Shown: positions 8,675 through 17,777 of the stretch, piece after piece | Layout: each line of letters begins with the position of its first letter | Position numbering within the stretch: the stretch's first letter is position 1 | Assembly: GCA_963806185.1 (NCBI GenBank) | Contig: CAWDXE010000007.1 | Coordinates: 416,001 to 480,000 of the forward strand | Direction of reading: 5' to 3' | Length of the DNA stretch: 64,000 bases | Origin: an uncultured candidate division Zixibacteria bacterium | Lineage (GTDB): Bacteria > Zixibacteria > MSB-5A5 > GN15 > FEB-12 | Program-made: the position numbers and the translations under genes | Notes under the pieces: model-generated | What the model was told of the DNA's origin: nothing | The model's input: the letters and a program-made list of their open reading frames with translations, nothing else | The model's database searches: none

Positions 8675-11600
8675 ATGAAGCCTAGTTTCACGAAAGGGGC
8701 ACTCAGTCTTTGGGTGGTCATCCTTCTGGTGACGGTGATGATGCCGTGGACGGTGTTCGCCGGCTCACAAGGGCAAATCAAAGGAAAACTAACCGACAAA
8801 GCATCCGGTGAGGGAATTATCGGGGCGTCGGTGGCGGTCGCCAACACCAAGTTCGGCGCCCAGACGGACATGGACGGCAATTTCCAGATTCTTCACCTTG
8901 ATCCGGGCGTGTATACGTTGAAGATCACGCACCTCGATTATAAGGCGATCGAAGTCACGGAAGTTACGGTTCGAGCAGATTTGACCACGGAAGTATCGCA
9001 GAAGCTCGACAAAGGTGTGACCGATATCGGTAAGACGATCACGGTTACCGGCACTCGCGACATCATTGATAAATTCACGACGAGTAACCAAGTCTCCATC
9101 TCGCAGGAGACGATCAAGCATCGCCCCGTTCAGACTGTAGACAACCTCCTCAAGCAGGTGGCGGGCGTGCAGACGACGTCGACGGGCGAAGTATTTGTCC
9201 GCGGCGGCCGTGCCGGTGAAGTCGCGTACATTGTAGATGGTGTGCCGATCGGCGATCCGCTGGGTGGTGTCGGTCGAGCCGGCGCCAACCTCTCGCTGGT
9301 TTCGGGTTCGATTCAGGAAATCCAGATTATTAAGGACGGTTTTGATCCGGAGTACGGCAACGCGCTTGTCGGGTATTGTGAACATTCGTTCACAGACGGG
9401 TTCCAAGGACAACACGCGGTTGAATCTCCAGTACATTACCGACGATCTGGGGACAAAGTCGCTCAACAAGTATTCGCGGAATTACGATTACGCGCGCTTT
9501 TCGATTTCGGGTCCGGATCCGCTGATCAAGGACCGGATTCTTCCGGCGCTGGGTCTGAATTTCCTGAAGGAAAAGGAATTCACCTACTTCCTGTATGCCG
9601 AAGTCGAGAAGGATGACGGCAACTATCAGTTGAACGATTACGATACGCCGGCAACGCGGCGCAACTGGGGAAAATTCAGCCTGCTGGGGATCGACATACC
9701 GGAGCGGTTGAACAACCGGTATTTCTGGAATCTGAACCTGAAATTCCGGCCGCAGCAGAATCTGAAGTTTATCGCGTCGTACAAGCATTCGCTGAGCCAT
9801 GACGTGTTATGGGATTGGAACTATCGGTACTCGTCGGCCAACCTGCCGGTGGCGCGCGACGAGTGGCAGTCGGTGTCGCTTGAAGTCACGCATGCGGTGA
9901 CCAAGGATTTCAACTACGAGGCCGTGTTTTCCTACTATACAAAGGAATACACGCAGAAGCCGGGTGACCCGAACAACCCGGGTGAAGGGCGGGATCCGGA
10001 CCAGATCAATCTGGAAAGCCAGAACGAAGGGTACGACGATCTGAACGACAACGGCCGGTATGACGCGCCGGAGCCGATCATCAATCTGTATCCTGACTCG
10101 GCCAATTATGGTACGGACTACACGGGTCCGGCCTATACGCTGGGTGAAACGATCGTGCGGACCAACCAGCAGGGCGGCGGTCCGTCGACGCTGGAGAATT
10201 TCCGTTTCAACAACAACGGGTATACGGACGACCTGGAGGGCGAGGCGTTTGTCGATTTGAACGGCAACGGCGTCTGGGACCATGGTGACGTGCTTTACGA
10301 TAAGAACAACAACGGGCAATTGGATGGCGATCGGTTGGCGAATGTGAATATTCGCAACACGGAGCCGTATATCGACGGTGACTCGATTCTGGGTGAGCCG
10401 TACACGGACAACAACGCAAACGGCATATACGACCGGGGAATTGACGGTTTCACCATCGGTGTGGAATCGAACAACCAGGACCTGAACCACAACGGAACGT
10501 ATGATGGTCCGAATTCGGCCTGGACGCCGGGGGTACCTTTTATCGATCGCAACGGGAACAGGATTTACGATTACCCGAACAACAAGTATGACATTGGCGA
10601 GCAATACACGGACGTCAACGGCAACGGCAAGCATGACCAGGGCGGCACGAGCACGTTTTTGAGCCCGGGCAGCTACGACGAGGACATGCTGTGGCACCGT
10701 CGCAGAACCAAGACGTTGCGAGGTGAGATCAAGGCGTTTCGCAATCTTGGGCCGCACGAATTGAAGGGCGGATTTGCGTTGACGCACGACGACTACAGCT
10801 ATGAGTATATCCGTCGGCCGTACATTCAGTACATCGGCCGTCCGGACGGCGGCGTGTATCCGGATCGCGGCGCGTTCCGTGATTTCTTCGACTACAGTCC
10901 GTGGAGCGGAACGGTCTATTTCCGCGACAAGCTGGAGTATGGTTCGATGATCGCGTCGCTGGGTATCCGGTGGGATTTCTTCCTGCAGGACACGAAAGAT
11001 CTGGCGTACGTGCTCGACCGCGACGACCAGGGCGGTACGATTCTGGGTGACCGTCAGAAGTTTTCGCCGCGAATCGGGTTCTCGTACCCGATTTCGGACA
11101 AGGCGAAAGTGCACTTCAACTACGGTCACTTCTACCAGCAGCCCTCCTGTACTACATGTACGCGCGCAACACGACGTCAGTGCTGACCAACGACGTTATC
11201 GGCAACTACAACCTGGATTATCAAAAGACGATTCAGTATTCGTTCGGTGTGAAGTACGCCATGACCGAGAATTACTCGGTCGACATGCCGGGGTATTTCA
11301 AGGACGAGTTTGACAAGATCAACAGCGTCCGCATTTTTGATGACGGGACGCAGGTGTATGTCCAGAAGTACATCAACTCGGACTATGGCCGCAGCCGCGG
11401 ATTTGAGTTGACGCTGGAGAAGCGGGGCGGCGGTTATGTCAACGGTCAGGTAAGCTACACGTATGCGTTTGCGTACGGCAAGGCGTCGCAGACGACCGAG
11501 ATCTTCCGCGATCCGGTGGCGTTGGCGAAGGAGCCGTTGTCGGAGTCACCGCTGGATCAACGACATTCGGCACTCGCTCAAGTCGGCCGTCAACGTTTAT

Positions 11601-12022
11601 CATCCCGAGCACGGTGAAGCCGCGGCTTTTCGGTCTGCCGATTCACGAACGGCTGGTCGTTGTCGATCGAGACGGTGATCGAGAGCGGGCGGCCGTTCAC
11701 GCCGGATCGTTCGTATCCGTCGTTGTCGCAGACGGGTCTGGTGAATATCGAGAACAATTCGCTGCGGTATCCGGCGACGGCGGTGTTTGACATACGATTC
11801 CAGAAGGACTTCAGGCTGGTCGGGATCGATTATAGTTTGATTTTCTGGGTCAAGAATTTCTTTGACAGCCGCAACGTGGTAACCGTCTACACGAAGACGG
11901 GCCGTCCGGACACGCAGCAGAATCAGAGTGGGACGGTGATGGCGGGTACTGACTATGATCAGAATCCGTACAACTGGGACTATGGTCGTCAGATCCGGCT
12001 GGGTCTGGAGGTGAGTCTCTAA
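8675..12022 (+). CDS. TonB-dependent receptor (carboxypeptidase-regulatory-like N-domain, plug, barrel); split by several frameshifts
   Basis: SD GAGGAGG; signal peptide; GQIKGKLTD..GEGIIGASV; plug VRGGRAGEVAYIVDG and GFDPEYGNA; barrel SPRIGFSYPIS, FNYGHFYQ; C-terminal RQIRLGLEVSL; frames switch near 9366, 11148, 11558 and 11600-11645. Confidence 0.88.
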
Positions 12023-12058
12023 GCGCGAAGAAACGTTTGTTCGAGATACGAGGTAGAC

Positions 12059-13051
12059 ATGCGGATTGACTATACACGACGCGTCGGCTCGCCACGGAGC
12101 AGGGCAATCGGGCTTATGCTGGCCGGGTGCCTGGCGGTCGGTTTGTTGTGTCGTCGCCGGCTGATGTATCGGCCCAGGCGAAAGTGGGCACGACCGGCGC
12201 ACAGTTCCTCGAACTGGGCGTCTCGGCTCGCGCGATGGGAATGGCGGAGGCCTTTACGGCGGTGGTCAATGATGTCTCGGCCGTCTATTACAATCCGGCC
12301 GGTCTGACGCAGTTGTTGGGGAAAGAGGGGATGGCCACGTACATCAAGATGCCGGCCGACATCGATTACGGCTTTGTGGCCGTGTCGGATTCCCGCTGGA
12401 GCAGGTCGGCGGTGTGCTGGGTATCGGCGTGTCATCGCTCTCAACGGGCAAGATGACCGAGACGACGTATCAGCAGGGTGACTCCGACGGGGACGGGCCG
12501 TGACGTTTTCGGCCAATGATCTGGCGGTGTCGATGAGCTATGGGCGGTACCTGACCGACCGTTTCTCGATCGGTGTCACCGTGCGGTATATCGGCGAATT
12601 TTATCATGACTACTCGTCGAACGGCTGGTCGGCCGATGTCGGGACGAATTACGACACCGGATTTCGGGGTTTCAACATCGCCATGATCATCACGAATTTC
12701 GGGCCGGATATGAAGTTCATCGACAAGGCGTATCCGCTGCCGATCAACTTCAAGTTTGGCGGATCGATCAATCTGGTTCAGGGGGGCGATCATCTGATGG
12801 TACTGGCGGCCGAGGGGCAGCATCCGTCGGACAACCTGGAGAAGTATCAGACGGGTGTTGAATATACGTTTAAGGATCGGTTCAGTCTTCGTGCGGGCAG
12901 CCGGTTCAACTATGACGAAGACGGATTCACGTTTGGCGGCGGCCTTCGCTGGCCATTGGGGCAGGAGAGCGAAATTCGGGTCGATTACGCGTACCAGGAT
13001 TTCGGCATTCTGACTGAGGTCCACCGGTTCACGCTGGCGGTATCGTTCTAA
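12059..13051 (+). CDS. PorV/PorQ-family (FadL-like) outer-membrane barrel; frameshifted
   Basis: KVGTTGAQFLELGVSARAMGMAEAFTAV..D.SAVYYNPAGL signature and VDYAY..FG..VHRFTL..SF C-terminus; frames switch near 12150, 12385 and 12495. Confidence 0.85.
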
Positions 13052-13074
13052 GGGAAGAGGAGACAGAGAGGATT

Positions 13075-15270
13075 ATGAACTACAGTAAAGACACTTCCCT
13101 GACGACTCGCAGCCTGCGGATAGTTCCGATCGTTCTGGTCGCCGCGGCGATCATGTTGACGGCGGGATGCTGGACGAAGCGAGTGGACGGGACGAAGACG
13201 GAGAATCAACGGCCGGAAGTCTGGTTTTCGAATGTTCCGGCTGAGGGAGCGAAAACGTCGGTGAACCCGATTATCTACTGGGTCGGACAGGACAAGGACG
13301 GCCAGGTAGTAACGTTCCGATACATAGTCATACGCGAGGCCGATATTGCGGCGGCCGTCAGTGCGACGGTGCCGGTGGATTCGCAGGATGTTCAGCAGTA
13401 TGTGAACACGGTCCTTGCGACGACTTCGGATACGATGTGGACCTACCTGACAGTGAATCCGCTGGAGGGCCAGCCTCAGACGACAAATATAATTCCCATG
13501 CAGGCGGAGATCAGCAATCCGGTTCTGCAATATGTACCGCAGTACGTGTTTGTGCAGGCGTTTGATGACCTGAATGCGTCGTCATCGATCGTTTTCCGCA
13601 AATTCCTTCGCAACGACAACCCGCCGGACACGCGGATGGTCGGGTTTGTGGCGGATCCGGACCGACCGTTTATCAATGCCCCTCGGTCGGGCGGTATAAC
13701 GACCGGCATCCGGCTGCGCTGGGAAGGGGACGACCGGATCGATTATCCGACCGAGCCGCCGCCGTTTGAGTTCGAGTGGCGGATGTACGGTCCGTACACG
13801 GATTCCGTATACAACCTGATTACCTCGAACTTTGTGAAGTCAGTATTCGTGACGAATGACGCGCGCGTATTCGTATTCGGCAGGAATGAGTGGATCAAAA
13901 GGTGCGATACGATACCGAACGGAACCGGCGGTTTTGATATCGAATGCGACTCGACGTTTGTCGACAATATAACGGCGTCGGGCCCGCTGGGGACTTTGGA
14001 CACGTCGCTGCTGGTTGACGATTCCGGTTTCACCAACAACCCTTCGTTTAACAAGATTGTCGACAGTTCGTTTGACGGCGACACGTGGGTGAGTGACGTG
14101 AAGGATTCGTTGTTCGACGTTTTCCGGACCGAACCGTCGCCCGAGACGCAGCAGGCAAAGTTTATATTCTGGGTACGGAGTCGCGACGACGCCAAGGTGC
14201 CCGATTTGACGCCGACGTTTGTGGCGATGGATGTGGTTAACCCGAAGTATGAGCGTGAAGTGCTGGTGGTGTGGATGAATTCGGCGTACACGATCAATCC
14301 GGCGAGGATGGGTTCGGCAAGACATTACTGGTGGAGTGCGGTACGCACCTGGCAGGAGGCGGCCGGATTGCCGCTGGCCTTTGACAGTGCGGTTGACTTT
14401 GTCAATCCAGACAAGCCGACGGGTACGCTGTTGCCATTGAAGGATCTGCTCAGTCACAAGATTGTCGTATTCTACGGCGACGACGTTCAGCCGGGTATTT
14501 TCAAGGCGGTGTCGGTGCAAACCAAGTTGTTCACGGCGATTGACGCCGGGGTGAACGTGTGGATGTGCACGCGAGCGCCATATCTGGGAGGCGAGGACAA
14601 GCCGGGACAATTCGAAGAACCCATGCCACTGAACTACCGGGTGTATTTCGGTGTGCAGGCTCTGACCTATTCCGGCTGGGAGTGGTACTGCAACGGACAG
14701 CATGTTGATCCGCCGCTTCGGATCGAGGATTTCGAGGGCACGTACAGTCTGGATCCGACGAAGTGGCCGGATCTCAAGATTGATACGTCAAAACTGCACT
14801 CGTTGTACGTGTGGAACTATGATTGGGATCCGAGTATTGCCTGTCTGCCGGAAGTCAACTGGTGTGTGCGTACGTTTGACACCGAAGCGATGTACTTGTA
14901 CAAATCCCGGTATGGTGCGTCGCATCCGTTGGGCGAGATGTATTCGTTTAACGGACGTCCGGTGGCTCACCGGTTGAATCGAGGATATTTCCGGACGGCG
15001 CATTCGTTGTTCACGCCGTTGGCGATTAACGACAGCACCGGTGCCGCGACGCAGTGGGTCAACAGCGTATTTGATTATCTGTACGCGCCGTTTAAGACGG
15101 CCACGGCCTTGGCGACCGGTTCACAGGATCGCCAGCCGAACGGGAACGCGCTTCTTTCTGAGGATCAGTACCGGGCCAATTACTGGGAACGTCGTCAGGA
15201 AGGGTGGGATCCGGAAGGTCGGATTCGGTACTACTACGGTCAGCCGGTAACGCCGGAGGTCAAGAAGTAA
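13075..15270 (+). CDS. Large hypothetical lipoprotein
   Basis: 731 aa; LTAGC lipobox; beta-rich N-half (NxxPET/PDT, WxGxD, VRSRDD motifs typical of FnIII/Ig-like repeats); co-oriented and closely spaced with the PorV-like gene. Confidence 0.75.
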   Translation: MNYSKDTSLTTRSLRIVPIVLVAAAIMLTAGCWTKRVDGTKTENQRPEVWFSNVPAEGAKTSVNPIIYWVGQDKDGQVVTFRYIVIREADIAAAVSATVPVDSQDVQQYVNTVLATTSDTMWTYLTVNPLEGQPQTTNIIPMQAEISNPVLQYVPQYVFVQAFDDLNASSSIVFRKFLRNDNPPDTRMVGFVADPDRPFINAPRSGGITTGIRLRWEGDDRIDYPTEPPPFEFEWRMYGPYTDSVYNLITSNFVKSVFVTNDARVFVFGRNEWIKRCDTIPNGTGGFDIECDSTFVDNITASGPLGTLDTSLLVDDSGFTNNPSFNKIVDSSFDGDTWVSDVKDSLFDVFRTEPSPETQQAKFIFWVRSRDDAKVPDLTPTFVAMDVVNPKYEREVLVVWMNSAYTINPARMGSARHYWWSAVRTWQEAAGLPLAFDSAVDFVNPDKPTGTLLPLKDLLSHKIVVFYGDDVQPGIFKAVSVQTKLFTAIDAGVNVWMCTRAPYLGGEDKPGQFEEPMPLNYRVYFGVQALTYSGWEWYCNGQHVDPPLRIEDFEGTYSLDPTKWPDLKIDTSKLHSLYVWNYDWDPSIACLPEVNWCVRTFDTEAMYLYKSRYGASHPLGEMYSFNGRPVAHRLNRGYFRTAHSLFTPLAINDSTGAATQWVNSVFDYLYAPFKTATALATGSQDRQPNGNALLSEDQYRANYWERRQEGWDPEGRIRYYYGQPVTPEVKK

Positions 15271-15295
15271 GACTGGGCTGTTCAAGGGACAGCAT

Positions 15296-15334
15296 AAGAC
15301 GGTCGGACCAGTGATGGTCCGGCCGTTTTCTCTT
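15296..15334. terminator. Hairpin between convergent genes
   Basis: ACGGTCGGACCA-GTGA-TGGTCCGGCCGT followed by TTTCTCTTT. Confidence 0.65.
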
Positions 15335-17502
15335 TATTCGTCTCTGAGGAAGTCGTCTTTCGGAAAATTGCGCCGGGCGTAGTCGAGGACGGAATCGGCG
15401 TCGGTGGGATGGCCGAGCAGGCGAAGGCCAGTGGCCAGATTGAGGTAGGCCGGCGAGTAGCCGGGGTCTATGGAGAGGGCGCGGCGGGCAGCGGCGACGG
15501 CGCGATCGGCTTCGCCGGTGACGCCGTAGCTATAGGAGAGCAAATGGAGTGCTTCGGCGCGACGGCGGCTGAACGCGGCGCGGACCTGAGCGTAGTTCGG
15601 GTCGAAGAGGCGGCTGTCGGATTCAATCGGCGGCAGGGCGGCGTCGCCGGCACGAATCAGCAGGCGGCGACACTCGGTTGAATCACCTTTCAGCGCGAAG
15701 GCGTGCGCCGCTTCGAGCAGAAACCTGGGATCGTCGCCCAGGGCGCTGCTGCCGTCACGGACGAAGTCCATCAGATTGTACACGCTGACAGAGGGGGATT
15801 CGCCCGCGATGCGTATCAGCAGAGTCTGGGCAGTGGGGTCGTACGGGCGATACTGCACGGCCTGGATGGCATGGCGGTAGGCAGTGGGGAGATCTTCGCG
15901 AAGGAGATAGAGAGAGGCGAGATTAGCGTACGCCTTGGATCGTTTGGGGTGGAGGCGGAGTTCGGATTCAAGGTGTGTTTGGGCACTGTCGAGGAGGCCG
16001 AGCCGGATGTAGGCGGTGCCGATGGTCAGGTGCAGTTCGGGAAAGGTGGGATCGTACTCGAGGGCGGATTCGCACAGGGCGATGGTCTGGCGGAAGTCGC
16101 CACGAGCATATTGGTAGAGTGCGGCGGAGACGAAATTCTGCACCGAGACCTGGTTGGACAAGGGCATCAGGGGAAGGCACGAGAGAAGTGCTGATGCGAC
16201 GCCGAGCGACGCGGCGATGATTATGGCACGGCTACGGTGGGCGACGAGTTCATAGGTGGCAAAGGCGCCGGCCGAGGCGAGCATGATGAGGTAGGGCATG
16301 ATCGGGAGGCGGAAGCGGCTATTGTAGAAGAAGAAGGCGGAAGCCGCAATGAAAAGCACGACCATCGGCAAGATGAACTTGAGGTGCGGGCAACGGCGCC
16401 AACCATACCAGGCGCCGATGACGGCAAGAGGAAAGATAACCGCGAAGATCAAGGGATTGTATTTGAGGAACGGCACTTCGTCGAAGAACGCAGGAATCAG
16501 GCGGTTGTTGGAGATTTCGCGGTTGGAGACGCTGAAGTAGAGTTTCTTGAGATACAGTTCGACAAATCGCACGGGATGATCGGCGATCCAGGCCCAGGTT
16601 TGTCGGGTCCAATAGGTAGAGATCTCGCCCTGTTTGAGTTTCCGTCCTTCGTCTTGTTCGGCGATGTACGCGATATCATCGAGCCGCCAGTTGTTCCCGA
16701 GCGGATCGGGGAGACGGGCGGTGAGGCCGTCGGCCTCGTCGTTGTTGCCGATGTAGAAGTTGATTCCGCCCTGAGAGGAGACGAGAACCGGGTCACCCGC
16801 GACCACGACGTTGCGGATGAGGGTGAGTCCGACGCAGGCCACCACGCCGAGAAGAAGCATGACGACGTGCCGGAGGCGCAGCCGCCAGGGGAGCGAGTCT
16901 CTCAACAGGAACCAGAGCGGGATGATAAGCAGCGGCAGCACGGTGGGCCGGGTAATGGCGCCGAGACCGAAGGCGAGGCCGGAGAGCAACAGGTCGCGCG
17001 CCTTGTGATCGTCGCGCCATTTGACGAAGAACAAGACGGCAACCTGAAAGAGCAACGTGAAGAGCGGGTCGAGAAGGAGTTCGCCGTCGAAGTAGACAAT
17101 GATCGGCGTGAAGGTTTGAAGGAGAGCGGCAAGCAGGCCGGTGCGGTGGTCGAAGACTCGTCGGCCAATCAGGTAGGTCATCGCTACGGAGCAGACGCCG
17201 AGCAGAGTGCCGAAGAGTCGGGCGGCCCAGAGGGTCGGGCCGAAGAGAGCGTACACCAGAGCAAGCGACCAGACGTAAAACGGGGCGCGGAAGTAGGTGG
17301 TGTCGCCGAAGATATGGCCGTTGGCAATCGCCTGAGCCCAATTGTGATGGTACCAGTTGTCGACGGTGAGCATTGGCCATTCCGGGAGGGAACGGTAGTA
17401 CCAGAGGTAGCCGAGCCTGACGAGCAGGGCGACAATGAGGATGATGGCGATTCCAATCCCAAGGGGGGCTTTAGTTTGGCGGACAGGTGCGGTCATTTGC
17501 AC
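15334..17502 (-). CDS. Membrane GT-C glycosyltransferase (ArnT/PMT-like, GT39/83) with C-terminal TPR repeats
   Basis: Many TM segments; FRAPFY, GAITRP, RNVVVAGDPVLVSSQGGINFYIGNN, SRFRLP; TPR-like YANLA / AYLNLA helices. Confidence 0.8.
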   Translation of the reverse strand: MQMTAPVRQTKAPLGIGIAIILIVALLVRLGYLWYYRSLPEWPMLTVDNWYHHNWAQAIANGHIFGDTTYFRAPFYVWSLALVYALFGPTLWAARLFGTLLGVCSVAMTYLIGRRVFDHRTGLLAALLQTFTPIIVYFDGELLLDPLFTLLFQVAVLFFVKWRDDHKARDLLLSGLAFGLGAITRPTVLPLLIIPLWFLLRDSLPWRLRLRHVVMLLLGVVACVGLTLIRNVVVAGDPVLVSSQGGINFYIGNNDEADGLTARLPDPLGNNWRLDDIAYIAEQDEGRKLKQGEISTYWTRQTWAWIADHPVRFVELYLKKLYFSVSNREISNNRLIPAFFDEVPFLKYNPLIFAVIFPLAVIGAWYGWRRCPHLKFILPMVVLFIAASAFFFYNSRFRLPIMPYLIMLASAGAFATYELVAHRSRAIIIAASLGVASALLSCLPLMPLSNQVSVQNFVSAALYQYARGDFRQTIALCESALEYDPTFPELHLTIGTAYIRLGLLDSAQTHLESELRLHPKRSKAYANLASLYLLREDLPTAYRHAIQAVQYRPYDPTAQTLLIRIAGESPSVSVYNLMDFVRDGSSALGDDPRFLLEAAHAFALKGDSTECRRLLIRAGDAALPPIESDSRLFDPNYAQVRAAFSRRRAEALHLLSYSYGVTGEADRAVAAARRALSIDPGYSPAYLNLATGLRLLGHPTDADSVLDYARRNFPKDDFLRDE

Positions 17503-17724
17503 AGAATATACCCTGTCGGGGGCGGCTATTCACCCACAAATATCGAATTTGAGAACCGGGTTTCGCAGCCAGCCGGCTGATTGCATAATTGGCAATTAGC
17601 TGTCATTGGAAGAGGAAATCGGGACCGCCGTTCTCGATATTCTAACCGGAAGGCAGTCAATAGGTTGTTTTTGGCGCGCTGGTGGGCGGCGAAGCGGTTT
17701 GCACAATCTTAGCGGGCTTATACC

Positions 17725-17741
17725 ACGGCACATCCTTTGCT
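17725..17741 (+). promoter_or_regulatory. Candidate sigma54 (-24/-12) promoter
   Basis: ACGGCACATCCTTTGCT = GGCAC-N5-TTGC, 37 nt upstream of the S8 peptidase ATG. Confidence 0.5.
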
Positions 17742-17777
17742 CGATCCCCTCTCAAGGGTAACGAGGAAGGATCGGAC

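Noticed and set aside
9807..11129. Long antisense ORFs opposite real genes (e.g. 9807-11129, 16237-17580, 22542-23699, 40917-42131, 46836-48077)
   Set aside because: Typical shadow ORFs of high-GC coding sequence; the opposite strand has recognisable protein motifs.
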